From an uncultured Desulfosarcina sp. (GTDB lineage: Bacteria > Desulfobacterota > Desulfobacteria > Desulfobacterales > Desulfosarcinaceae), in assembly GCA_963674945.2 (NCBI GenBank), contig CAXXWQ010000004.1:1056001-1120000 (forward strand): 64,000 bases of DNA, in the 5' to 3' direction. Of this stretch, positions 1-9,998 are shown in pieces (position 1 is the first letter of the stretch; each line of letters opens with the position of its first letter). Made by a program: the position numbers and the translations under genes. A model generated the notes under the pieces. The model saw only the letters and a list, made by a program, of their open reading frames with translations, had not been told where the DNA came from and searched no databases.

Positions 1-552
1 GACGCCGGCGCCACCATTTTGGGTGAAAACTATATTCAGGAGGCCAGGGAAAAATTCGACGCTCTCGTCCATCGAAATGTAAGCTGGCATTTCATCGGTC
101 ACCTGCAATCCAACAAAGCCAAATACGCGGTGCGCATGTTCGACCTGATCCACTCGGTGGATTCGGCCAAGCTGGCCAAAGCACTGGACAAGGAAGCAGG
201 AAAGAACGGCAAGGTGCAGGATATTCTGCTTCAGGTCAACATCGGCGGCGAGTCAACCAAATCCGGTGTGAAAGAAACCGACGCCATCGCCCTTGTCGAA
301 CAGGTCGGGGAACTTTCCAATATTCGGGTGAGGGGATTGATGACCATGCCGCCATTTTTCGATGAACCGGAAAAGGCCCGTCCTTTCTTCCACCGGTTGG
401 CCCAACTGAAACGTCGCATTGAGGAACGTAAGCACCCGGGTGTACGAATGGCTGAACTGTCCATGGGAATGACCGGCGACTTCGAAGTCGCCATCGAAGA
501 AGGCGCCACACTGGTCCGCATCGGAACGGCCATTTTCGGAGCCCGCCGATGA
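1..552 (+). CDS. yggS: PLP homeostasis protein YggS/PROSC (5'-truncated by window edge)
   Basis: Frame open from base 1; motifs GENYIQE, WHFIGHLQSNK, IHSVDS, LSMGMTGDFEVAIEEGATLVRIGTAIFG. Confidence 0.95.
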   Translation, partial: DAGATILGENYIQEAREKFDALVHRNVSWHFIGHLQSNKAKYAVRMFDLIHSVDSAKLAKALDKEAGKNGKVQDILLQVNIGGESTKSGVKETDAIALVEQVGELSNIRVRGLMTMPPFFDEPEKARPFFHRLAQLKRRIEERKHPGVRMAELSMGMTGDFEVAIEEGATLVRIGTAIFGARR

Positions 553-1088
553 AACTGCTCCTTCACATCTGCTGCGCCCCCTGCAGCATCTATCCAATCC
601 GGCGCCTTCAGGATGACCGCCATGAGATCATGGGTTTTTTTTACCGCGACAACATCCACCCCTATACCGAGTGTTTGCGCCGGGAAGAAACCTTGAGAGC
701 CTATGCGGATTCCATTTCATTGAAAGTGCTCTATCCCGCCGGCTATGAGATGGAGACATTCCTTCGCAACGTGGCCTTCCGTGAGATGCAACGGTGCACC
801 TATTGTTACCATGACCGTCTGACCACCACGGCCCACTTCGCAAAGAAGGGAAAGTTCGATGGTTTCACCACCACGTTGCTCTACAGTAAATTTCAAAAGC
901 ACGATGAAATCCGATCCATCGGTGAGGCCGTGGGAAAAAAAGTGGGCGTGTCATTTTGCTACGAGGATTTCAGGGATGGCTGGAAATGGGGAGTAGAAGA
1001 ATCCCGCCGATTGGAAATGTATCGGCAACCATACTGCGGCTGCATCTACAGCGAGAAAGAGCGCTATTTCCGCAAAATCAAAAAATGA
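549..1088 (+). CDS. queH: Epoxyqueuosine reductase QueH (DUF208)
   Basis: LLLHICCAPCS, NIHPYTE, RCTYCY, YRQPYCGCIYS; ATGA overlap with yggS. Confidence 0.9.
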   Translation: MKLLLHICCAPCSIYPIRRLQDDRHEIMGFFYRDNIHPYTECLRREETLRAYADSISLKVLYPAGYEMETFLRNVAFREMQRCTYCYHDRLTTTAHFAKKGKFDGFTTTLLYSKFQKHDEIRSIGEAVGKKVGVSFCYEDFRDGWKWGVEESRRLEMYRQPYCGCIYSEKERYFRKIKK

Positions 1089-1209
1089 CGACTTCGTAAA
1101 AATCCGATATCGGTTTTACGCTTCATCCCTCGTCACTGCGGCGTACTCTATGTACGCCTCATTCCTCGGGACTCGCAAGCCTTGATCTCGAACTTTTTAC
1201 GAAGCCGTC
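1087..1209 (-). repeat. ~125-bp inverted-repeat element, copy 1 (extra TIR-like motif extends to ~1239)
   Basis: Ends GACGACTTCGTAAAAA...TTTTTACGAAGCCGTC; reverse complement aligns with copies at 29248, 56934 and 60552. Confidence 0.9.
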
Positions 1210-1265
1210 CGAAATTCGTTTTTTTTACGAATTCACCAATCCTTTTAACAGGACCGCTGACAACC

Positions 1266-3104
1266 ATGTTTGGAAACTTCATCTACTTTGTCGTTGCCCT
1301 GCTCATCTATTCCACCTTCCAGCCGTCGGAAAAGACCAATTTTCCCCCACTGGACACGATCCTTCTGTTTTTGTCACTCATTCTCCTCTTCTTCATATTA
1401 TCAAGGCGTCAATTTGTCCGGCTTGCCCAAAAGGCTGATACCCAAAGCCAAGGCGGAATGGATCAGCAGTTCTCATCGGCCATGACCCGGCAGTCCATAT
1501 TGGCCATCGGCCTTTTCGCCACCGACATTTACGGCCTCAACATCTCCTACTTTTTTAAGGATATCTGGCTTTTTCAGTCCATTCCCACCATCGAGGCGAT
1601 GGTGTTCATGGCCCTTTTCATCGCCTATCTGTCCATCGTATGGGCCAATGCCCACGTCGCCTACAGGGTCGTATACCACGCAGATATCTCTTGCCGTGCC
1701 TATGTGAAATCCAACATCGCCTTTTCCGTTCCGGTTCTTCTTCCCTGGGTGCTGCTGTCGGGCATTTTGGACCTGATTCTGGCCCTACCTTTCAAAGGGC
1801 CGCAACGGATACTGAACTCTCCCGAAGGGCAGACGGCGTACTTCTTGTTTTTTCTCTTTGTCGTTGCGATAATCGGCCCCTTGATCATCCAAAAATTCTG
1901 GCGATGCCGCCCGTTGGAGGACGGATATTATCGAAGGCGCATTGAAGCGTTGTGTGAACGGGCCGATCTGAAATATGCCGATATCTTATACTGGCCCATC
2001 TTCGGCGGCAGAATGATCACGGCCGGCGTAATGGGTCTGGTGCGCCAATTTCGCTATATCCTGGTTACCGACGCCCTGCTTCGCATCCTGAATCCCAATG
2101 AGATCGACACCGTCATCGCACACGAAGTGGGGCACGTAAAAAAACGCCACTTGCTGTTTTATCTATTCTTCTTTATCGGTTACATGGTCATCGCCTTTGC
2201 CACCTATGATTTGATCGTCTACCTCGTCATCTTCTTCGAACCGGGTTACCGTTTCATTTTTACCACGGGCATCAGCAGGACCACCGTAACCACCGGCTTG
2301 ATCAGCATGGCCATCATTTTCAATTTTCTCATCTACTTCAGGTTCATCTTCGGTTATTTCATGCGCAATTTCGAACGCCAGGCGGATACCTTTGTCTACA
2401 CCTTGTATTCCAGCGCCGTACCGTTGATCTCCACATTCGAAAAGATCGTGGCCGTATCAGGTCAATCAGCCGACAAGCCCAATTGGCATCACTTCAGCAT
2501 CTCGCAGCGGATGAACTTTCTCAAGAAATGTGAAGAGGACCGGTCCTGGGTGCGTCGCCACGACAAAAAGGTGAGAAGCAGCATTATCATCTTTACCGTC
2601 GCTTTGCTGATGGTGGGAATCGGCGGATATCAGATCAATTTCGGTCAGGCCGGGAAACGCCTGAACATCAAATTTTTCGAGCAGGCCGCCCTAGGTGAAA
2701 TCGAGAGAAATGGTGGCAGTGCAGGGCTTTACCAGATGCTGGGAGACATCTATTTCGAAGGGAAAAATTATGATAAGGCGGCATCCGCCTACCAGAACGC
2801 CCTGGACATGGAGCCGCAAAACGCCCTCGTGCTCAACAACTACGCCTGGCTGCTCGCCACCTGTGAAGATACCGCCATCCGAAATCCCGATCGGGCGCTG
2901 GATATGGCATTTTCCGCCGCCGCCATCGAAAAATCCCCGCACATTCTGGATACCCTGGCCGAAAGCCTTTTCGTCAACGGAAGGGTCAACGAGGCCATCC
3001 GGGCAGCCGAAACCGCCCTGACCATGGCGAAGACCAATCGATCCTACTACGAAGGCCAGTTGAAAAAATTTAAAGCGGCCGTGGAAACGCCTGCAAAAGA
3101 GTGA
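1266..3104 (+). CDS. M48-family membrane zinc metalloprotease with C-terminal TPRs
   Basis: Multiple TM segments, HEVGH zinc motif, FERQAD, TPR-like tail; start moved to ATG 1266 because the ORF-track start lies inside the repeat. Confidence 0.85.
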   Translation: MFGNFIYFVVALLIYSTFQPSEKTNFPPLDTILLFLSLILLFFILSRRQFVRLAQKADTQSQGGMDQQFSSAMTRQSILAIGLFATDIYGLNISYFFKDIWLFQSIPTIEAMVFMALFIAYLSIVWANAHVAYRVVYHADISCRAYVKSNIAFSVPVLLPWVLLSGILDLILALPFKGPQRILNSPEGQTAYFLFFLFVVAIIGPLIIQKFWRCRPLEDGYYRRRIEALCERADLKYADILYWPIFGGRMITAGVMGLVRQFRYILVTDALLRILNPNEIDTVIAHEVGHVKKRHLLFYLFFFIGYMVIAFATYDLIVYLVIFFEPGYRFIFTTGISRTTVTTGLISMAIIFNFLIYFRFIFGYFMRNFERQADTFVYTLYSSAVPLISTFEKIVAVSGQSADKPNWHHFSISQRMNFLKKCEEDRSWVRRHDKKVRSSIIIFTVALLMVGIGGYQINFGQAGKRLNIKFFEQAALGEIERNGGSAGLYQMLGDIYFEGKNYDKAASAYQNALDMEPQNALVLNNYAWLLATCEDTAIRNPDRALDMAFSAAAIEKSPHILDTLAESLFVNGRVNEAIRAAETALTMAKTNRSYYEGQLKKFKAAVETPAKE

Positions 3105-3203
3105 CAAAATCGGTACATATCATCAAGTTAAATTCGAATCCGGAAGGCGGCTTTGCGCTCTCTTTAGAAGGGGGGGACGCGCCTTACGACAGTGGGGAAC
3201 CTG

Positions 3204-3336
3204 AGAAGTCAGTAGCCAGTATTCAGGAGTCAGAATGAATGCACGTCGCTTCGCTCCGCCGATTGGATAAAATGGATTGCGCCGAAGGCGAATACCTGAT
3301 TCTTAATTCTGGATTCTGACTCCTGGATTCCTGTAT
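3204..3336. repeat. Inverted heptamer tandem micro-array / hairpin between convergent genes
   Basis: AGTCAGT-AGCCAGT-ATTCAGG-AGTCAGA faces TTCTTAA-TTCTGGA-TTCTGAC-TCCTGGA; 3221-3236 and 3313-3328 are 15/16 reverse-complementary. Confidence 0.7.
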
Positions 3337-3426
3337 CAAATTCACGGCAGAGCCATTTATCTCTGACCCGAACCAGAAGGCAATTTTTTCTTGACCGAAT
3401 AAAAACGGCTTCGGAGGAAGCTTTCT

Positions 3427-5748
3427 TTATTTTATGCAGACCTTCCTCACCTCTATCAAATCACAATGCCCTTGAAAGATTTTGGAGATGCCATCCTGCT
3501 TCAACGTGGCCATACCGTCGGTGATGGCTTGGCCACGAATTCTTTCCATTTCGGCCTTGGTCTGGATGAGTTTTTTCATCTCGTCGGTACCCATGAGCAG
3601 TTCGTGAAGGCCCATCCGACCGCGATAGCCGGTGCCGTTACACATATCACATCCTTCCGGCTTGAATAGTTCCAGATCGTCATCGTACGGAATATTGAGA
3701 TTTTTCTCAAAGTCCTCTTCTCCGTATTCCCGGATGAGTTCGTCGTACTCCTCACGGCTGGGATGATAACCTCTCTTGCAGTCTTTGCAAAGCGTCCGGA
3801 CGAGTCGTTGGGCCAGGATGCACAAAATGGCGTCGGCAAAATTGAAGGGATCCATTCCCATATCCAAAAGACGGGTGATACTCTCCGGTGCACTGTTGGT
3901 GTGAAGGGTGGAGAAGACAAGGTGACCGGTTAAGGATGCCTCGATACCGATGGATGTGGTCTCCTTGTCGCGCATTTCACCGACCATGATCACATCCGGG
4001 TCGGCACGCAAGAATGCGCGCATGGCCGCGGCGAAGTCGAATCCGATCTTGGGTTTCACCTGAACCTGTCGAAGTCCTTTCTGGGTGATTTCTACAGGGT
4101 CTTCGGCGGTCCAGATCTTGGTCTCGGTCTTGTTGATGAAACTGAGCGCCGAGTGCAAGGTGGTGGTTTTACCGGAACCGGTGGGACCACACACGAAGAT
4201 CAGTCCGTAGGGTTTGGTCACGCAACTGATGAAATTTTTAAGATTGGCTTTGGAGAACCCCATCTTTTCCAGAGGGATGGGCTCGCCGGCCGCCAAAATA
4301 CGCATGACCACATCTTCCAGCCCCCCTTGGGTGGGGATGGTGGCCACACGGAGTTCGATGTCCTTTCCCCCGTATTTCTTGAACTTGATTTTGCCGTCCT
4401 GGGGCAGACGCTTTTCGGCGATGTCCAAATCCGACATGATCTTGATTCGGGAAACGACGGCATTCTTGTAGGAAAAGGGTATCGTCTGGTAGATGGTGCA
4501 GGAACCGTCCACCCGGATACGAACCCTTGTGTTCTCTTTTCCCGGGTAGGGCTCGATGTGGATATCCGAGGCGTTTCGACTGTAAGCATCCAGAATGATT
4601 TTATTGACCAGCTGAACGACGGCACTGTCCTCCTCGCCGACACCATGTTCCGCCTCTTCTACCTCTGCGGACTCGTCCTGGAGCTGGGACAAAATATCGT
4701 CGATCTCAGCCAGTTCTTTTTCATCCTGGGTAAACAGCTTGATGAAATCGAGAATGTCCTGTTTGAAACTGACGTAAAAGGTGACCGGTCGCCCCGGAAA
4801 AAGCGCCTTGATTTCATCGATCTTCTTCAGATCGTGGGGATCGTCGACGGCGATGACCACCTTGTTGTCTTCGCTTTTCAGGGGCACCCAGGTATTGGCT
4901 CTCATGAAGGGTACCTTCAGTCCGGTCATGAGGTCGCCGGGAATGGGATAGTTGGCGTTGTACTCGATGAAATTGGTCTTGTAATATTTTTCCAGCGCGG
5001 TTCCGATCTCCTTTTTGGGAACCTTGTAGTCCTTCATCAATATCGAATATACCGGCTCCTTGCGCTGGACCGCATCGGTAAAGGCCTTGGCCAGTTCTTT
5101 CTGGGTAATCAGGTGATTTTTTAAAAGATAATCGTATTGATGGGTCCGCGCACCTGCACCTCCCCGGGAGGTCATGGTTTTTTGCTTGTACAGCGCCACA
5201 CCCAGGACCTTGGACAGATCCTGAATGGCGGTCTCTTCGGCCTGGCCGAACCCCCCCTCAACTTTGCGGTTGGTCAGTTGCAATGCACCCATGAGGTATT
5301 TCTGGTAGAGAATCGGATGGGCCAGGACCTGTTTGGTCCGATAACCGGTCCTTCGGTCCCAGCTGTTGTTGAACTCGAGGGCCGGATCGATGGCGGTCAA
5401 TGACTGCTTATCGTAAACATCGTCTATGTTGACCAGTTTCTGTTTGAAGGCGGCATATCCGGCAATGCTTTTGGCATCGACGGCGACGCGGATTTCGGTC
5501 ACTTCACTGCCCGATTTGAAATGGGAAACAAGTTCCCGTTTGACACCATCGATAACGAATACGGTGACCCGTTCCGCGCCGAAGAGTTCGCAGATGTCAT
5601 CTTTCAGATTGATCAGTGTTTCGCCCAAGTTGGTGGCAACACTGAGTTGATCCCCGATCTCCTTGATTCTGGAGGTGTATTGGGTGTCGGGCGAGGAAAT
5701 TCCCGCCGAATCATCGTCGAGCGTCAATGAAATTTCTGGTTTGGCCAT
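3427..5748 (-). CDS. GspE/PilB-family secretion/pilus ATPase with N-terminal GAF domain
   Basis: ASDIHIEP, LDIAEKRLPQDG, Walker A GPTGSGKTT, LRADPDVIMVGEMRD, STLHTN, CKDC/CDMC; GAF-like N-terminus (SIAGYAA...DRRTGYRTKQVLAHP). Confidence 0.9.
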   Translation of the reverse strand: MAKPEISLTLDDDSAGISSPDTQYTSRIKEIGDQLSVATNLGETLINLKDDICELFGAERVTVFVIDGVKRELVSHFKSGSEVTEIRVAVDAKSIAGYAAFKQKLVNIDDVYDKQSLTAIDPALEFNNSWDRRTGYRTKQVLAHPILYQKYLMGALQLTNRKVEGGFGQAEETAIQDLSKVLGVALYKQKTMTSRGGAGARTHQYDYLLKNHLITQKELAKAFTDAVQRKEPVYSILMKDYKVPKKEIGTALEKYYKTNFIEYNANYPIPGDLMTGLKVPFMRANTWVPLKSEDNKVVIAVDDPHDLKKIDEIKALFPGRPVTFYVSFKQDILDFIKLFTQDEKELAEIDDILSQLQDESAEVEEAEHGVGEEDSAVVQLVNKIILDAYSRNASDIHIEPYPGKENTRVRIRVDGSCTIYQTIPFSYKNAVVSRIKIMSDLDIAEKRLPQDGKIKFKKYGGKDIELRVATIPTQGGLEDVVMRILAAGEPIPLEKMGFSKANLKNFISCVTKPYGLIFVCGPTGSGKTTTLHSALSFINKTETKIWTAEDPVEITQKGLRQVQVKPKIGFDFAAAMRAFLRADPDVIMVGEMRDKETTSIGIEASLTGHLVFSTLHTNSAPESITRLLDMGMDPFNFADAILCILAQRLVRTLCKDCKRGYHPSREEYDELIREYGEEDFEKNLNIPYDDDLELFKPEGCDMCNGTGYRGRMGLHELLMGTDEMKKLIQTKAEMERIRGQAITDGMATLKQDGISKIFQGHCDLIEVRKVCIK

Positions 5749-5791
5749 ACTTTCTTACCATTGTTGAATGATTGCTGAGTAAGATAAAAAT

Positions 5792-6025
5792 TCATTCCGG
5801 CTGCCCTTTTCGAAACTGGTGATACAGCTTCTTGCATCCACCACCGATGAGGAAGATTCCCATGAAGTAGAAACAGAAGCGAATGAAACCCGATGCGGCG
5901 GCGAACCTGGGAATCTGTTCGATTTTCGGCATCACCTGGGGGATCCGATAAAAGACGCCCAGCCCCGCCAGAATCAACGCGACTGCCCAGATCAATTGGA
6001 CTTGATTCACTTTCTTATCGTTCAT
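5792..6025 (-). CDS. Small two-TM hypothetical membrane protein
   Basis: 77 aa with two hydrophobic helices; co-oriented between the ACT gene and the ATPase. Confidence 0.65.
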   Translation of the reverse strand: MNDKKVNQVQLIWAVALILAGLGVFYRIPQVMPKIEQIPRFAAASGFIRFCFYFMGIFLIGGGCKKLYHQFRKGQPE

Positions 6026-6098
6026 CCATCAACCTATCGGCTTCGATGCAAAGGTCACCGAAAAATTCTCCTCACATGCAGACAATCGACAATGGCGA

Positions 6099-6530
6099 TC
6101 AGAGGGCGTACAACCGTTCCCCGTCCAGGACCGTAACCCCCTTGGATTCGAGCATACGGATGGCGGCTTGCTCCTCTTCGATGCGAAAGATCATCACCGC
6201 GTTCGTACCGGAAGATTGGACGAAGGCGTACATGTACTCGACGTTCAGGCCGGCCTCGTGAAACAAGGTCAAAATGCGGTGAAGCCCACCGGGTTGGTCG
6301 GGGACTTCCACGGCCACGACGCTGGTCTTGCCAACGGTGAAACCGTTGTTCTTCAACGTCTGTTGCGCCTTTTTCGAATCATCCACGATCAATCGCAGCA
6401 CCCCGAAATCCGAGGTGTCGGCCAGGGCGAGGGCGCGAATGTTGATCTCTGCCTCGGCCAGGATCGCCGTCACCTCCGAAAGCCTTCCGGATTTGTTTTC
6501 CAGAAACACCGATATCTGTTCTACCTGCAT
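6099..6530 (-). CDS. ACT-domain amino-acid-binding protein (tandem ACT)
   Basis: [13 protein letters not shown]...[29 protein letters not shown] before ATG 6530; usual partner of paaK. Confidence 0.9.
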   Translation of the reverse strand: MQVEQISVFLENKSGRLSEVTAILAEAEINIRALALADTSDFGVLRLIVDDSKKAQQTLKNNGFTVGKTSVVAVEVPDQPGGLHRILTLFHEAGLNVEYMYAFVQSSGTNAVMIFRIEEEQAAIRMLESKGVTVLDGERLYAL

Positions 6531-6597
6531 GTGTTCCTCCTTTACTATTCGGTCATTGGCCAAACCGACTTGAGTCTTCGGTATATTTTTTTAATTA

Positions 6598-7899
6598 TCA
6601 GATCTTTCGATTGTCAACAACACGAACCGCCTTGCCCTGGCTTCTTTCGATCGCCTTGGGTTCGACCAATCGAACACGTGCGGAAACGCCGAGTAGCTCC
6701 TTGATATGCTTTGATATTCTTCCTTCCAACGCCTGCAGCCCCTTGACCTCGTCGGAAAAGATCTTTTCACCGACCTCCACCTTGACGGTCAGTACATCCA
6801 AATTGTCTTCCCGGTCGACCACCAATTGATAGTGGGGTGCGACGCCTTCCGTCTCCATGAGTACACTCTCGATCTGGGAGGGAAACACGTTGACGCCCCG
6901 TATGATCAGCATATCGTCACTTCGGCCCGTCACGCGATTCATCCGGACATGGGTCCGGCCACAAATGCACGGATCGGGATTCAAGGAGGTGATATCCCGG
7001 GTTCGATAGCGAATAACGGGAAAGGCCTCCTTGGTAAGGGAGGTGAACACCAGCTCACCGGTACTGCCGTAGGGCAAGGGTTCCAGTGTGTTGGGGTCGA
7101 TGATTTCCGCAATGAAATGATCCTCGAAAATGTGCAGGCCTTTTTTCGCTTCGTGGCATTCGATGGCCACGCCCGGCCCCATCACCTCGCTAAGACCATA
7201 AATATCCACGGCCGTCAGATTCAACTTGCGCTCAATCTCTTCCCGCATATTTTCGGACCATGGCTCTGCGCCGAAGACACCGAACTTGAATTTGAGCTGC
7301 TCGAAGGATACGCCCATCTCTTCGGCCACTTCCGCAAGGTGAAGTGTGTAGGAGGGGGTGGCGGTGATGATCGTCGGTCCGAAATCCTTCATGATCACCA
7401 CCTGCCGTTTCGTGTTGCCGCCGGACACGGGAATCACCGATGCCCCCAGCCGCTCCGCACCGTAGTGGACACCGAGCCCACCGGTAAACAGGCCGTACCC
7501 ATATGCGTTGTGGATGATATCGCCGGGCCCGGCGCCGCCTGCGGCCAGGGATCGTGCCATGAGTGTGGACCAGGTGCCGATGTCCCGCGCCGTATACCCG
7601 ACCACCGTCGGCTGGCCGGTGGTGCCGGAAGAAGCATGAATGCGCACTACATTGTCCATGGGAACGGCAAACATTTTGAACGGATAGTTATCCCGAAGGT
7701 CCTGTTTGGTGGTAAAGGGAATTTTGCCAAGGTCCGACAGGCTTTTGATGTCGGATGGAACGATCCCGGCATCAGCCATTTTTCCGCGGTAAAACGGGAC
7801 ATTTGCATAGACCCGGGATAATGTGGCCTGAAGACGCCGAAGTTGAATCGCCTCTAATGCTTCGCGGGGCATGGTCTCATATTCCATGTCGTAAATCAT
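6598..7899 (-). CDS. paaK: Phenylacetate-CoA ligase family protein
   Basis: [52 protein letters not shown]. Confidence 0.92.
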   Translation of the reverse strand: MIYDMEYETMPREALEAIQLRRLQATLSRVYANVPFYRGKMADAGIVPSDIKSLSDLGKIPFTTKQDLRDNYPFKMFAVPMDNVVRIHASSGTTGQPTVVGYTARDIGTWSTLMARSLAAGGAGPGDIIHNAYGYGLFTGGLGVHYGAERLGASVIPVSGGNTKRQVVIMKDFGPTIITATPSYTLHLAEVAEEMGVSFEQLKFKFGVFGAEPWSENMREEIERKLNLTAVDIYGLSEVMGPGVAIECHEAKKGLHIFEDHFIAEIIDPNTLEPLPYGSTGELVFTSLTKEAFPVIRYRTRDITSLNPDPCICGRTHVRMNRVTGRSDDMLIIRGVNVFPSQIESVLMETEGVAPHYQLVVDREDNLDVLTVKVEVGEKIFSDEVKGLQALEGRISKHIKELLGVSARVRLVEPKAIERSQGKAVRVVDNRKI

Positions 7900-7961
7900 G
7901 ATGGTCTTCTCCTCTCATATATGTAACGATTCCTTGTAGTTTGTTCGCATACGAATGCCAA

Positions 7962-9998
7962 TCACCCTGGATTTTCCCAATTTGCCGGCAGGTTGTTGAA
8001 AGCAGTGGGGCTGGTCTCCTTGATATACCGCCGTATACCCCGAATGATGCCATCGCACAACCGATCCTGGTAGGCCGGATCGGTCAGCCGTTTGCACTCC
8101 CTCGGATTGGATATGAAAGACGTCTCCACGAGGAGTGCCGGCATCTGGGCACCCAGCAACACATAAAAAGGCGCCTGTTTCACGCCTTTGCTGCGAATGT
8201 GTTTGTACTTTTTCTTCAAGTGGGTGCACATCTCGTCCTGGACCATGGCCGCCAGCCGGCTGGACTCGTTGATCTTGGCATTTTGCATCAGATCGTTGAG
8301 GATCGACTCCAAGTCGCTGATGTTTTTTGCGGAAGTCGCATTTTCCCGGGCCGCAACGAGGATGGCGGCATCGTCGGTGGCCAGGTTCAGGAAGAAGGTC
8401 TCGATGCCGTATGCACGCCGATCCCGTACGGCATTGGTATGAATGGAGACAAACAGATCGGCATTCTGGGTATTGGCGATGGCGGTACGCTCCTCCAAGG
8501 TCAGGTATCGATCTGTGGTTCGGGTGAGCACCACATCACACCCAAGATCGGTCTCCACCTTGCGGGCAAGCTGTTTGGCAATCTGAAGAACCACGTCTTT
8601 TTCGTGAACGCCCTTGTAGTAACCCGGCGCTCCAAAATCCTTTCCACCATGGCCAGGATCGATAACGATGCGGCTTATCCCCAACGCAAGTTGCCGGGCG
8701 ATGGCACCGGGGGGCAATTTCCCCGGAGGCGTCCGGACAGTGGGATGGGAGGGACGGGCAACCTGTCCATCGTCATCCTGCCCCCACACGTCCAGCACGA
8801 TCCGAAAGGGGTTTTTCAGGGAAAAGATCTTGTAGTGCCTGAAAGATTTGATGTCCACGACGATTCGAACCGTATCGCTGGTATACTGGCCCGCACGGGC
8901 ATCGCTGAGCAGTTGATCGTTGATGGGGATGACCTTCTGGATGTTTTTTCCCAAGCGACTCCGGCTCAGATCGATGTATAGACGCTGGGGTTTTTTTAAG
9001 GATGGATCCTTTTTGAGCAAACGATGAACAAAACGGGTTTCGAGATCCGCGTCGATGACGACCCGCGTGTAATTGGGATTGGACCAGAACCGAAGCCCCT
9101 GAACGGTAACCAGGCCATCGGATCTCGCGGCGACTTCGGAAAAACCGATGTCTGTTTTGCTTCGATTTTGGTCGATGAGATCCGCCACGGGATCACCGCT
9201 GTCCGACGATGGGGACACGGCGACATACTTTTTCTCCTTCAGCGCCGCGCGGGCCTTTTCTGCCTCCACACTCTTGGGAAACTCGCGGTCGGTTCGGCCA
9301 TAGTACTCCCGTGCCGCGATGACATCCGCTTTCCGATGGGACCATCGATAGAGACCTTCATACAGCGTCCCAATCATATACAAGGATTCGGCCGCATGGG
9401 GCCCTTCGGGATCGACGAGGTAGACCTTTTCGAATTCCTTTATGCACGTTTCCCATTGGTCACGGTATGTTTGTTTCTTGCGGCTCCCCATCAATCGGTA
9501 ATAGGCGTCGCGTGCCGACTTCAGATTCCGCGCTGCCTTTTGGGTCTCGGGTGACAGGGTCGAAGCGCCCAGTTTAGTAAGTTGGCTTTTCGATTTTGAT
9601 GTGTACCGGCTTTCGGGATAGTCGGCGATCACCTGGCGAAACAGCTCCACGGCTTTTCGCCTGTCCACATCCACATAAGAATGCTTGTACATTTCCAGGT
9701 ACAGGACCCCGGATCGGTAAAGTCCGGCGGCCGCCCACGGTCCGTCGGGATCGAGCCGGTAGACCTTATGGTATTTGTCGATACAGGTCATCCATTTATC
9801 CCTGTATTTCTGATACCGGACGTTTTTCTGGAGTCTGTTGTAACACTTCAGCGCGCTGTAGTATTGCTGCTTTGGCGTCACCGCCCATGCCGGCGCGACG
9901 GAAAGTGCCGACAACAGGCAAAGGAGAACCAAAAGCGTGAGCAGGGTCGTCTGAACTTGAAATTTTTCGATGCGGTTACAAATCATGGTTGACATCAT
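7962..9998 (-). CDS. N-acetylmuramoyl-L-alanine amidase (Amidase_3 + AMIN + duplicated TPR-like N-terminus)
   Basis: IVIDPGHGGKD, EKDVVL, LFVSIHTN, LLVETSFISN; signal peptide; exact start uncertain. Confidence 0.9.
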   Translation of the reverse strand: MMSTMICNRIEKFQVQTTLLTLLVLLCLLSALSVAPAWAVTPKQQYYSALKCYNRLQKNVRYQKYRDKWMTCIDKYHKVYRLDPDGPWAAAGLYRSGVLYLEMYKHSYVDVDRRKAVELFRQVIADYPESRYTSKSKSQLTKLGASTLSPETQKAARNLKSARDAYYRLMGSRKKQTYRDQWETCIKEFEKVYLVDPEGPHAAESLYMIGTLYEGLYRWSHRKADVIAAREYYGRTDREFPKSVEAEKARAALKEKKYVAVSPSSDSGDPVADLIDQNRSKTDIGFSEVAARSDGLVTVQGLRFWSNPNYTRVVIDADLETRFVHRLLKKDPSLKKPQRLYIDLSRSRLGKNIQKVIPINDQLLSDARAGQYTSDTVRIVVDIKSFRHYKIFSLKNPFRIVLDVWGQDDDGQVARPSHPTVRTPPGKLPPGAIARQLALGISRIVIDPGHGGKDFGAPGYYKGVHEKDVVLQIAKQLARKVETDLGCDVVLTRTTDRYLTLEERTAIANTQNADLFVSIHTNAVRDRRAYGIETFFLNLATDDAAILVAARENATSAKNISDLESILNDLMQNAKINESSRLAAMVQDEMCTHLKKKYKHIRSKGVKQAPFYVLLGAQMPALLVETSFISNPRECKRLTDPAYQDRLCDGIIRGIRRYIKETSPTAFNNLPANWENPG

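Noticed and set aside
1182..1265. ORF-track N-termini MISNFLRSRPK (1182) and MISDFLRSRPK (29275, minus) shared by two unrelated proteins
   Set aside because: Both come from a TTG inside the 125-bp repeat that happens to be in frame, and better ATG starts lie downstream. Probably an annotation artefact, though translation was not excluded.
6099..7899. paaK-ACT separated from iorAB by ~30 kb
   Set aside because: These often cluster, but multiple paralogs are common, so the separation is not informative
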